Assembly (NCBI GenBank): GCA_964388955.1
Contig: CAYMCO010000029.1
Span: 1,197-65,196, forward strand
Length of the DNA stretch: 64,000 nt
Source: an uncultured Anaerolineaceae bacterium
Lineage (GTDB): Bacteria > Chloroflexota > Anaerolineae > Anaerolineales > E44-bin32
Direction of reading: 5' to 3'
A model generated the notes under the pieces. The model did not search any database. It was given only the letters and a program-made list of their open reading frames with translations, and was not told the origin of the DNA. How positions within the stretch are numbered: position 1 is the first letter of the stretch; the number at the start of each line of letters is the position of its first letter. Below are positions 1 to 8,108 of the stretch, piece after piece. Position numbers and translations under genes: made by a program.

Positions 1-1
1 C

Positions 2-187
2 ATCCAGAAGCGCGTCACACCCCATACCTTCCGCCACAGCTTCGCCACCCACTTGCTCGAAGCCGGCTACGACATCCGCACCGTGCAGAACCTGCTCGGA
101 CATAAGGACGTGCGCACCACTATGATCTACACCCACGTGCTCCGGCGCGGGCCCTTCGCCGTTCGCAGCCCGCTCGATGCCGATTGA
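2..187 (+). CDS. Tyrosine recombinase, C-terminal fragment (integron-integrase-like); the 5' part lies left of the window
   Basis: Frame 2 reads [61 protein letters not shown], with the stop at 185-187. Box II carries the HxxR and catalytic Tyr. The tail [24 protein letters not shown]...VRSPLD resembles IntI1-type integrases. Confidence 0.8.
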   Translation: MQKRVTPHTFRHSFATHLLEAGYDIRTVQNLLGHKDVRTTMIYTHVLRRGPFAVRSPLDAD

Positions 188-834
188 TGCTCGCGTCCCC
201 CCCCGGTACATCGAAAGGCAGGTACACTCGGGATCGGCGGGATGATTTCGGCGAGCGGGTGGTGTCCCCATGCCCCCACCTTCGCTCATCAGGCCTTCTC
301 TCCCAATCACGCACAGAGCAATTCTCCCCATGCCTATCCGCATCGGATGTCCATGCGTCCTGGGCCGTCCAAGGGCCCAGACCAATCTGCTGAACCCGAA
401 ATATGCCAACAGATCGATGTATGGGCACCCTCTCACCGCCGAGAGACATGCTCACATTCAGTGCCTCTCCCCCCATCCAGGAGATGCGGCGAGCCCTCCA
501 CCTCTCAAGCAAGCGGCTAGGAATTCAAGTACCTTTGATCGATGTCTCGTCGGATTCACGAATGATAGAATGAATTGCCGGATGATACGGCTTGGAGAGC
601 GAGGAGCAACATCCCCTTTGCAGGATCAATCCGAAGACCACGTCTTGAGGGCCGGTTGGCTCTCCACATACTTTTCGCACTTCCGTCGGCGCCAACGGTT
701 GCCTCTCGATGTTCGAGATGCCACACCTGGGCCCGGGCTTGGCCTGGCTTCTCGCGCTCCGGACAGCCGAGGGTTCGGCCTATATCGCCAGTCCGCGACG
801 ACCCATCTTGGAAGGCTCTGAGGGATTCTGAGGT

Positions 835-1779
835 ATGCAGGACGCGAATCGACCCATCCTCGTCACCGGCGCTCAGCGGTCAGGCACAACCTGGGTCGGT
901 AGGACTGTGGCTCAACATCGAGGCGTGCGCTACGTCCACGAGCCATTCAACGTGGCACAGCCGAATCCGATCGCGGGTCTGGAGTTGCACACGTGGATGA
1001 CCCACTTTGAATCCTCCCCGAGACAGGCGGAAATCATGCACTCCTTTGACAACCTCCTTGGGGCGAGCCCTGTCAGATATGCGCTTGCCAGAAGCAGGGC
1101 AGTCGGGCTGGACTTCAAGTCGCCATTACGCTTCCTTAAGGATCTCATCTTGGAGACCGTGTTCCAGCCACGTATCCTGGTCAAGGATCCCATTGCGCTC
1201 CTCTCGGCTGGATGGCTTCACGAGACCTACCAGTTCCAGGTAATCTGCATGCTGCGAAATCCGTATGGATTTGTCGGCAGTATGAAGTCTGCCGGATGGG
1301 ACTTCGAGTTCCAGGACCTCTATCGTCAAGAAAGGCTGATGTCGGGATGGTTGAAGCGGTTCGCAGATCGTATCGAATACATGTGCGAACATCGGAATTC
1401 CAGCGACCTCATCGCACGCCTGGCACTCCTATGGAATATTTTAAACTCCGTCATTCTAAGGTATATGCGGGACTATCCAGATTGGCTGTTTATCAGACAC
1501 GAGAGTATCGCGAAGAGGCCCCTTCGAGGCTTCCAAAGAATTTTCGACTATCTCGGGTTGGATATGACCCCCAGAATTCGCAAATACATCCAGCATTACA
1601 CCTCAATCCGCGATCCCAGAATCCCCGCAACACCAACCTACCGGCCTCGGAACTCCAGGCGTGTCACCCAGAATTGGAAGGATCGCTTGACAAGGCGAGA
1701 GACAGAAAGGGTGAGGGATATGACCTCGGAAATCGCCTCGGTGCTCTCTTCCACTGAGGCCTGGGACTCCCTTGGGTGA
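835..1779 (+). CDS. Sulfotransferase family protein
   Basis: 314-aa ORF. The N-terminal PAPS-binding loop is ILVTGAQRSGTTWVG (P-loop-like xxRSGTT). Codons are visibly more AT-rich than in neighbouring genes. Confidence 0.75.
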   Translation: MQDANRPILVTGAQRSGTTWVGRTVAQHRGVRYVHEPFNVAQPNPIAGLELHTWMTHFESSPRQAEIMHSFDNLLGASPVRYALARSRAVGLDFKSPLRFLKDLILETVFQPRILVKDPIALLSAGWLHETYQFQVICMLRNPYGFVGSMKSAGWDFEFQDLYRQERLMSGWLKRFADRIEYMCEHRNSSDLIARLALLWNILNSVILRYMRDYPDWLFIRHESIAKRPLRGFQRIFDYLGLDMTPRIRKYIQHYTSIRDPRIPATPTYRPRNSRRVTQNWKDRLTRRETERVRDMTSEIASVLSSTEAWDSLG

Positions 1780-1811
1780 TGTTGCTCTGTTCCCCCCGCA
1801 GGAAGAATAAA

Positions 1812-1834
1812 GGGGCCCAGCAGCACTGGGCCCC
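1812..1834 (-). terminator. Intrinsic terminator hairpin between the convergent sulfotransferase and peroxiredoxin genes
   Basis: GGGGCCCAG-cagca-CTGGGCCCC forms a perfect 9-bp stem. On the minus strand it is followed by TTTATTCTT. There is no T-run on the plus strand. Confidence 0.6.
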
Positions 1835-1879
1835 TCATGTCAGCAATGGTCGGTATTGAATTGGTGCGGCGCCTGTTGC

Positions 1880-2500
1880 CTATGACCCTCCGTTCTCCGA
1901 CGGTTTCACCGGCTTCCATTCCTGCCACACCCGCCCTACCAGGCCCGGGCCCGGCGTGAGCGTGGGCTTTCCCGGCTGCCAGCCAGAGGGCGTCACCTCC
2001 CCGGTTGCGCGCACATGCTGGAAGGCTTTCACTTGGCGGACCAACTCATTCGGATTTCGACCCACTTCCGGCGTAAGCACCTCCATCGCCCGGATCACGA
2101 AATCCGGGTCGATGATGAATCGCCCCCGAATATCGACACCCGCCGCCTCGTCATAGACACCATAGATCGCCCCCACTTTGCCGCCTCCATCCGACAGCAT
2201 AGGGAACGGCACACCCCCTTCCAACATCTTGGTCAGCTCTTCCTCCTGCCATACCTTGTGCACGAACCGGCTGTCGGTGCTCATCGCCAACACCTCCACC
2301 CCCAGTCTCTGCAGCTCACCATACCGGGCGGCGACCGCCGCCAACTCGGTCGGTCAGACAAAGGTGAAGTCGCCCGGGTAGAAACACAGCACAATCCACT
2401 TTCCCCGGTAATCGGATAGCTTCACCGGTCGAAAACCCATCCCGTCGATGTAAGCGTTGGCTTCAAAATCGATCGCCTCTTGTCCCACCCGTGCTTGCAT
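1880..2500 (-). CDS. 2-Cys-type peroxiredoxin (AhpC/Prx family) with in-frame TGA (probable selenocysteine) at the peroxidatic position
   Basis: Track ORFs 2354..2698 and 1880..2344 are in the same frame and are separated only by TGA at 2354-2356. The joined sequence reads [26 protein letters not shown], matching the Prx motif FTFVCPTE. The start ATG at 2500 ([12 protein letters not shown]) has the RBS GGGAGGTGA and puts U at residue 49. An alternative start lies at 2605. Confidence 0.8.
2323..2356 (-). promoter_or_regulatory. UGA codon plus candidate bacterial SECIS hairpin
   Basis: Minus-strand RNA reads UGA CCG ACCG AGUU GGCGGC GGUC GCCGCC CGGU. It has a lower stem ACCG/CGGU, a 4-nt 5' bulge, an upper stem of 6 GC pairs and a GGUC loop. 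The hairpin starts 3 nt after the UGA and the apical loop lies about 17-20 nt downstream. Confidence 0.6.
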
Positions 2501-2891
2501 CGTCACCTCCCGCGATGTCGCGACTTCCTTGATCGTCTCGGGCTCCGCCGCAGGCAGGATCGGCCCGCGAGCGGGCTTGACGCACCCGTCTTTCATTTCC
2601 GCCATAGTCGGCCCCTTTCCTGGCACCCGTCTTCGCCCGCGTGTCCCCCCGCGCGACGAAGGCCGTCGCGGCGCATGATTCCGCCTCCTCTCCTCCAACG
2701 GAGGAAGAATTCAATCGTGCGGACCAAAGTGGATCTCCCCCCAGCGATGCGCGCCCTTCCCGTCATTGTGGGGGTGACTGGTCGCTTTCATCAGCCCAGC
2801 CCGCCCCCATCATATGGCCACTCGCGCCCGGCATCAATTCTCTCGGTCAAGCAGTATCGCAATCGCACCGTACCCCCGAAAAACCCGCCGA

Positions 2892-3560
2892 CTACTCGAT
2901 GGTGTCGAGGAAGGTTTGGGCCATCCCTGCCACATCCACTGTCGTAGGGATGCCCTCCCATGGATCCCCAGGACGCACCAGGTTCACCACCACCACACTC
3001 GCCCCGTTGAAGATCGCGCTGCGCGCCTCCTTCAAGTCAACGCCCCCGGCGGCCGATATCAATATGTCATATTTGCTCCGCACCCGGTTCACGTGCCGGT
3101 ATTCGATCACCTTGCCGCGCGTCCCCTCCTCATCCCGCCCGCGGTGCAAAACGACCACCTCCGGCGGCTTGCGCATGCGCATCACCACCTTCAACGGGTC
3201 GTTCACCCCCACCATGTCAATCATCGAGATCATTCCCCGCTCTTCACAGGTCGATACGAAGATGTCCAGTGTCTCCGTCGGGGCGTCCCCGAGCACCGTG
3301 ATCGCACCCGCCCCCGCCTGATCTGCCATGCGCACCTCGCCCTCGGCCCCGTCGGCCACTTTCATATCCGCTACCACGATCCCCGGCCACAGGCTGGCGA
3401 TGGCCTCTACCCCACGCATTCCTTCGCGTTTGATATACGGCGTGCCCGCCTCGATGAATATGCGGTGGCTCCGCGGGATCGCGGGGAGGATCTTCCGCAC
3501 CATGCGGATATCGTAGTTGAACGCGATCTGCAGATAGCGCTCCTTCGAATCCAGGATCAC
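2892..3560 (-). CDS. 3-hexulose-6-phosphate synthase-like / OMP decarboxylase (HUMPS) family protein
   Basis: 222 aa. YLQIAFNYD, IEAGTPYIKREGMRGVEAI, ADMKVADGAEGEV, AGAITVLG and ISAAGGVDLKEA match the HPS/KGPDC fold motifs by eye. Confidence 0.6.
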   Translation of the reverse strand: MILDSKERYLQIAFNYDIRMVRKILPAIPRSHRIFIEAGTPYIKREGMRGVEAIASLWPGIVVADMKVADGAEGEVRMADQAGAGAITVLGDAPTETLDIFVSTCEERGMISMIDMVGVNDPLKVVMRMRKPPEVVVLHRGRDEEGTRGKVIEYRHVNRVRSKYDILISAAGGVDLKEARSAIFNGASVVVVNLVRPGDPWEGIPTTVDVAGMAQTFLDTIE

Positions 3561-3563
3561 CGC

Positions 3564-4346
3564 TTACTTGTCCTCCTTGCCTCCCAGCAGCGAACCCATC
3601 GGCCCCGCCAGGTCAGAGGGCACAAAGAGCACGATCTTCTCGGAGGGGTCTGCTGCGATGTCCCGGATGGTCTGCAGTGTGCGCAGGTGCAGGGCCCCCG
3701 GGAACTTTGCCATGCGCTGCGCGGCTTCCACCAATTTCTCCGATGCGGTGAGCTCCCCTTGCGAGGCGATGATCACCGCCCGCCGCTCGCGCTCCGCCTC
3801 CGCTTGCTTGGCCATGGCGCGCTTCATTTCCGCCGGCAGCTCCACCTCCTGGATCTTGATCGACTCCACATCCACTCCCCACCCCGAAGTCTCGGCATCC
3901 ACGATCTTTTTGATGTTATCGGCGATGGCCTCCCGCTCTGTGAGCACAGTGTCCATCTCCTCGTTCCCGATCACGTCCCGCAGCGCCGCTTGCGTGTACT
4001 GCTGCACTGCAAATATGTGGTCTTCGATCTTGATGATCACATCCTCCGGGCTCACCACCCGGAAGTAGACCACCGCGTTGATCAGAAGCGGAATATTATC
4101 TTTGGTCATCACCTCCTGCCTTGGGATCTCCGCCGTCTTCAAACGCATGTCCACCTTGACCAGCGATTGAACGATGGGGAATATCAGCGTCACGCCGGGA
4201 TCTCGTGTCCCCGAATACCGGCCCAAGGTGAAAATGACCCCGCGCTCGTACTCATACAGCAGCCGCACGGAGCGCAACACCAAGACGGCAACCACCAACA
4301 GCAGCGCCACAAACACGCAGCCCCCAAAAGTCAGGAATTCAGGCAT
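3564..4346 (-). CDS. SPFH/band-7 (stomatin/slipin-like) membrane protein
   Basis: An N-terminal TM helix is followed by YERGVIFTLGRY...VDMRLKT...TKDNIPLLINAVVYFRV...RDVIG...GWGVDVESIKIQEVELPAEMKRAMAKQAEAERERRA. ATG at 4346 is preceded by GAGGAGGG. An alternative GTG lies at 4367. Confidence 0.9.
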   Translation of the reverse strand: MPEFLTFGGCVFVALLLVVAVLVLRSVRLLYEYERGVIFTLGRYSGTRDPGVTLIFPIVQSLVKVDMRLKTAEIPRQEVMTKDNIPLLINAVVYFRVVSPEDVIIKIEDHIFAVQQYTQAALRDVIGNEEMDTVLTEREAIADNIKKIVDAETSGWGVDVESIKIQEVELPAEMKRAMAKQAEAERERRAVIIASQGELTASEKLVEAAQRMAKFPGALHLRTLQTIRDIAADPSEKIVLFVPSDLAGPMGSLLGGKEDK

Positions 4347-4363
4347 GGGTTCCCTCCTCTGCC

Positions 4364-4804
4364 TCACTCATTCCTCAACCATCCCCAGCGGCATGCCCCG
4401 AGGATGGTCCCATCCATCTCCGGCATGTATACACAAGAATCCCTTTTAGGGCAATGCGCGATCTGTCTGCCCCGCAGCTCCTTGCGCCTCTCCATGGCAT
4501 TCTTTTGTGACTTGATCGGACAATCTCGCTTGAATCTCACCAGCTCAAAGATCCGAACATCGATCCGTTGCCCGGCCGCCTTCCTGGGCAGAGCCGCCGC
4601 GCCGAGGCAGTCTGGGGAACGCCGGAGCACAACTCTCCCACAACTGGCCAACTCTCCGTGATCGGATGCGGGCGATGTCTGCCGGCGGCCATTCCCGATT
4701 TCATCGAGATCGAGGGGATAGCCGCCGCTTTCGCCCGGGGTTGGCGGTCGGGGCCATTGATGGGGTCGATGCAAGCAGTAGCCGCCGGAAACGTCTTGCC
4801 ACAC
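4364..4804 (-). CDS. Hypothetical protein (uncertain; fills the gap between the flippase-like and SPFH genes)
   Basis: 146-aa ORF on the operon strand with GC-rich third positions. It ends 17 nt before the SPFH ATG. I recognise no family. A second minus-strand frame (4537..) looks equally coding-like, so frame and start are unresolved. Confidence 0.3.
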   Translation of the reverse strand: MWQDVSGGYCLHRPHQWPRPPTPGESGGYPLDLDEIGNGRRQTSPASDHGELASCGRVVLRRSPDCLGAAALPRKAAGQRIDVRIFELVRFKRDCPIKSQKNAMERRKELRGRQIAHCPKRDSCVYMPEMDGTILGACRWGWLRNE

Positions 4805-4838
4805 TCGGATGAGAACGAAAGGGACCTTGCAGCGGGGA

Positions 4839-5783
4839 TCAGGCTGCGTCTTGCCGGGCTTTTCGTCTGCTCAAGATTGTCGGAAGGAACAGCGCCCCAG
4901 GCAGGCTGGCCAGCACAAATAGGGTTCGCATAAGAAGCGAAAGCGTCAGGCTGGTGTGCATCGATATGCCTCCGAACTCCGAAAAGATGAAGACCATCGA
5001 TAGCTCCTGGATTCCCAACCCGTTGATCGAAAAGGGAAGCAAGGTGACGAAGTAGGTCAGGCTCCACAAGCCTGCGATCCTGGCGAAGGCCAGCGGATCC
5101 TCCATGCCGCCCAATATGACCGAAACGGCTGCGAATAGGCAGATCATGTGGGCGCCTGTCGCCAGCATCGCCCTCCCGAGGGCGGCGGGCTCCCCGCGCC
5201 ACACCAGCAGCGCCTGCTTGAGCCGGACCAACTGTCTCCGTACCTTTCCCCCCAGGCCCGCCGGCCAGACGGATAGGGAGATCCACCCCCAGCGGCAGGC
5301 GACGCCCGCTTCGCCCTCACCGAGGTGGACCAACCCGGCGCCATATTGAATTGCCTGCAGGATTCCGGAGGGCAGCGCGATGACCATCCCCAGCAACCCA
5401 ACCACGCGATCCACAACCACGGATGCCACGCTCAGCGCATCATCACATCCGGATTGAATCGCCCCTGCGATGCGGACCACGTCTCCGCCCACCGTGGTGG
5501 GCAGGAAATTGGCCGCGAACAACCCGGCAAAGGTGATCTGCACGCTGCGCGAAAAAGGAATTCCCACTTTCGCCCCTTGCAGCAAGCTGTACCAGCGGCC
5601 CGACACCGCCAGGCGCGATATCATTATCAGGATGACCGCTAATCCGAAGCGCCAGGTTTCGATCTCCAGCACAGCGGAGAGAACTTCACGCCAGCCCAAG
5701 CGGGCCACCAGATAGATCAACAAGCCGGCGGTGATCAAGGTGCCGGCGACCCGCAACCAGTAAACCCCTCGATCCCTGTTCAT
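4839..5783 (-). CDS. Flippase-like / lysylphosphatidylglycerol-synthase TM-domain family (UPF0104) membrane protein
   Basis: Starting from MNRDRGVYWLRVAGTLITAGLLIYLV, it is polytopic with the motif FAANFLPTTVGGDVVRI. The upstream 106 codons of the track ORF are Arg/Gly-rich nonsense. Confidence 0.7.
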   Translation of the reverse strand: MNRDRGVYWLRVAGTLITAGLLIYLVARLGWREVLSAVLEIETWRFGLAVILIMISRLAVSGRWYSLLQGAKVGIPFSRSVQITFAGLFAANFLPTTVGGDVVRIAGAIQSGCDDALSVASVVVDRVVGLLGMVIALPSGILQAIQYGAGLVHLGEGEAGVACRWGWISLSVWPAGLGGKVRRQLVRLKQALLVWRGEPAALGRAMLATGAHMICLFAAVSVILGGMEDPLAFARIAGLWSLTYFVTLLPFSINGLGIQELSMVFIFSEFGGISMHTSLTLSLLMRTLFVLASLPGALFLPTILSRRKARQDAA

Positions 5784-5940
5784 CTGCCCTCTCGTCCGTG
5801 CGCTGTTGTTCGCGAAGAAGACCCTCGTACACGATGACCCGCATCCCCGATGCAGGTCTCTACGCCGCACTGGGAGGCAGGTTCCTGGCGGATGAGGTCC
5901 ACCTCGCTGGCCGCCCCCCTGTGGCCAGATCCGCCGCCCT

Positions 5941-7506
5941 TCAATCGGTCGCCTTGAAGACCGAATTGATCCGGCTCCCCTGTATCTGGATTGAAAAGAT
6001 CTCGGACCCCAAATCGTAGCCCTCAGGATGCCAGCGGTAGTCCGTAATGAAATAGTCGCTCTCTTCCGGCTCCGCAACAAATGACAGGCGCGCTCGCTCA
6101 CCTACCCGCAATATCATGGCGTTCTCTTCCCCGGCAAGTGTGTTGACGGCCACCTTGATTTGATCCCGGGGATCGATGGAAAGTATATGCTCCAACGCTT
6201 TGCGATACGAAAGGCCCCAGTAGTCCCGCTCCCAGTTCCGCCTCAGGTATTCCTCCCCTTGTGGCACCAGCAAGTTGAAATACACATGCTGGTAGGGGTG
6301 CGCCCGCACCATGAACAATCCTGTGGATGCCAACGATAGGGCCAGCACGACTCCGAACAGCCCGAGATAGGTTACACGCCTGCCTCTGAGTGCCGTTATC
6401 AATTTACCGAACCCGGCAATCGCAAGCAGCAGGAAGCACGGGTAGATGAAAAACAGATGCCGCCAGCCATCATAGAGCACCGACCGGCGCACGATCACGG
6501 CCACCAGAGGCGCGAAAAAGCACAGCAGCAAGAGAGAGGTGTTCCTCAGATGGGGATCCGTGGCTATCCGCCCTGGATTCCTCAACAAATCCCTGATGGA
6601 CCAGGCGCTCCCCAATAGGAACGCGGCCGTGTAAGGGATAGGTGTGGTGATCGCTATCCACACCGGCGCGTAGTGCCAGGGCAGCGCGGTCGCCGGATAG
6701 AAGCGCCCGAAATAGAGGACCTTCCCCTGCCAGGGGTAGCTGCTCAACGATCGCAGCGCCACGATAAACCGCCGAAGCGGATCGCTCCAGAGGAATGGCC
6801 AGGTGGCGAATAGAGCGAGCGCGAAGGCCGCCAGATAGGGGACCGCCAGGATCAGCAATCTCCTGGACCGACGGTCAGATAGGAAATCCAATGCCATGAA
6901 GAAGAGGGTGAACGCCAGCAGCATGATGCCGAGGATGCGGATGCTCGCCAGCAGCCCGCAGAGGATGCCGTGGATGAGAAACCATCGCAGCTTGCGCACC
7001 TCGAACGCGCGCACGAAACTATACAGCCCAAAGGTCATCACCACCATGAAGGGGATGTCCTTGCTGTTGAAGAAAGAATGCGCGTAAATGCGCGGGCTGA
7101 GGACCAACATCCCTGCGCCGAGCAGCGCCAACTGATCATTTTTCAAGTAGCGTTCCGCGAGCAAGAAGAAACCGAAGACGCCGAATAGGAAGAATAGGTG
7201 GGAGGCCAGGTGCCGTTGCAAGTAGATGGCACGCGAATCCTGCACCCCGGAGAGCTTCTGAATCCCGGCCAGAAGCAGTTCGAAGATCAGCCCATGGTCG
7301 TCTGTGGCCCGCGCCGGGATGGATTTGCCGCTCGCCAGGTACCCGAAAACCGTGCTGCCCGCTTCGTAGCGCAGGGGTTCATCCCAGGCGATCCCATAGT
7401 CGTCATAGGCGGTTAGGCCGATCGCCAATAACAGGATGAAGAAAACCAGGACGGGTACCCTGCCCCGCGCCAATGAGCCGATCTTCCGCTTATCCATATC
7501 CTCCAT
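5941..7506 (-). CDS. Glycosyltransferase family 39 (ArnT/PMT-like) membrane protein
   Basis: About 520 aa and polytopic. The N-terminal loop YDDYGIAWDEPLRY (DxD/E-type), many TM helices and a C-terminal soluble domain are present. The start is MEDMDKRK at 7506. Confidence 0.7.
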   Translation of the reverse strand: MEDMDKRKIGSLARGRVPVLVFFILLLAIGLTAYDDYGIAWDEPLRYEAGSTVFGYLASGKSIPARATDDHGLIFELLLAGIQKLSGVQDSRAIYLQRHLASHLFFLFGVFGFFLLAERYLKNDQLALLGAGMLVLSPRIYAHSFFNSKDIPFMVVMTFGLYSFVRAFEVRKLRWFLIHGILCGLLASIRILGIMLLAFTLFFMALDFLSDRRSRRLLILAVPYLAAFALALFATWPFLWSDPLRRFIVALRSLSSYPWQGKVLYFGRFYPATALPWHYAPVWIAITTPIPYTAAFLLGSAWSIRDLLRNPGRIATDPHLRNTSLLLLCFFAPLVAVIVRRSVLYDGWRHLFFIYPCFLLLAIAGFGKLITALRGRRVTYLGLFGVVLALSLASTGLFMVRAHPYQHVYFNLLVPQGEEYLRRNWERDYWGLSYRKALEHILSIDPRDQIKVAVNTLAGEENAMILRVGERARLSFVAEPEESDYFITDYRWHPEGYDLGSEIFSIQIQGSRINSVFKATD

Positions 7507-7807
7507 ATTCACCGCTGTGCAGAAGCTCGTCCCCCAGATCCGCGCGCACCGAGGCCCTCCGCATCGAGCCCGCAACTCCGGCCACCGAAAGCACCACCAA
7601 TCATACTAGCGCACAATCCCGTGAATCAAAAGGCTGCCCCTTCCTCATGGGGAAGGGGGCCGGGGGTTAGGTCAAACGATCCACGCCCAGACATCGGCAC
7701 AACACTCCGGGCTCATGGCTCATCCGTCGCTCATCGCCCACCGCGCACACCGCACGGCGTGCAGTACTGGATTGCCGCGGAAGTCGAGACTTCGGGGTCA
7801 CGGCCAA

Positions 7808-7826
7808 CCACAAGGGTTGCCCCTAC
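7808..7826. repeat. Short dispersed repeat, copy 1 of 2 (CCACAAGGGYTGCCCCTAC)
   Basis: 19 nt with 1 mismatch to 26881-26899, in the same orientation. Both copies are intergenic. Confidence 0.6.
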
Positions 7827-8108
7827 ATCCGCACCTTTCCGGCGAAGCGAGCGCGCACAGCCCCCTTGGGGGCCTCACTACCTAGGTCCAGACCCAGGCG
7901 CGCAACGGAAGGTTCCACTTTGTGACAAGAAGCCCTGCCCAACGACGACCGGCGAGCCGAAAGCTGAATGCCAAGACCTAAGTGCAAACAGCTCGGATCG
8001 TTAGTCGTTGGTCACTCGTGGTTTGCGCAGTGTGCATTGCATCAGGCGCCGAGCCGCTGGCCGGCCCCTGATAGCTGGAGGCTGATCGCGCACCGCGCCG
8101 GTCTGCCC

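Noticed and set aside
188-834. attI/attC sites and ORFs 184..393, 242..520, 270..821 and 575..1000
   Set aside because: I could not find convincing RYYYAAC/GTTRRRY core pairs with the expected imperfect inverted-repeat structure by eye. The ORF translations are Pro/Arg/Ser-rich with no start context. The question is left open as a check in the findings rather than claimed.
1812-1834. Hairpin after the sulfotransferase as a possible attC
   Set aside because: The stem is a perfect short GC stem with a T-run on the minus strand and has no R/L box architecture. It is better explained as the peroxiredoxin terminator.
2501-2698. N-terminal extension of the peroxiredoxin (track ORF start at 2698, or ATG at 2605)
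   Set aside because: The sequence upstream of 2605 is Arg-rich nonsense. The start at 2500 gives the canonical Prx N-terminus and the best RBS. A start at 2605 ([11 protein letters not shown]...) cannot be fully excluded and is noted in the feature evidence.
2814-4661. 615-aa plus-strand ORF spanning the HPS-like and SPFH loci
   Set aside because: Its composition is His/Arg/Pro/Leu-rich and low-complexity with no motif. The opposite strand encodes two clearly recognisable families. It is a typical shadow ORF of a high-GC genome.
7621-8004. 127-aa plus-strand ORF in the GT39-ppdK spacer
   Set aside because: Its composition is Pro/Arg/Ser/Gly-rich and it contains the dispersed repeat motif in-frame. 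That is typical of mis-translated intergenic repeats.
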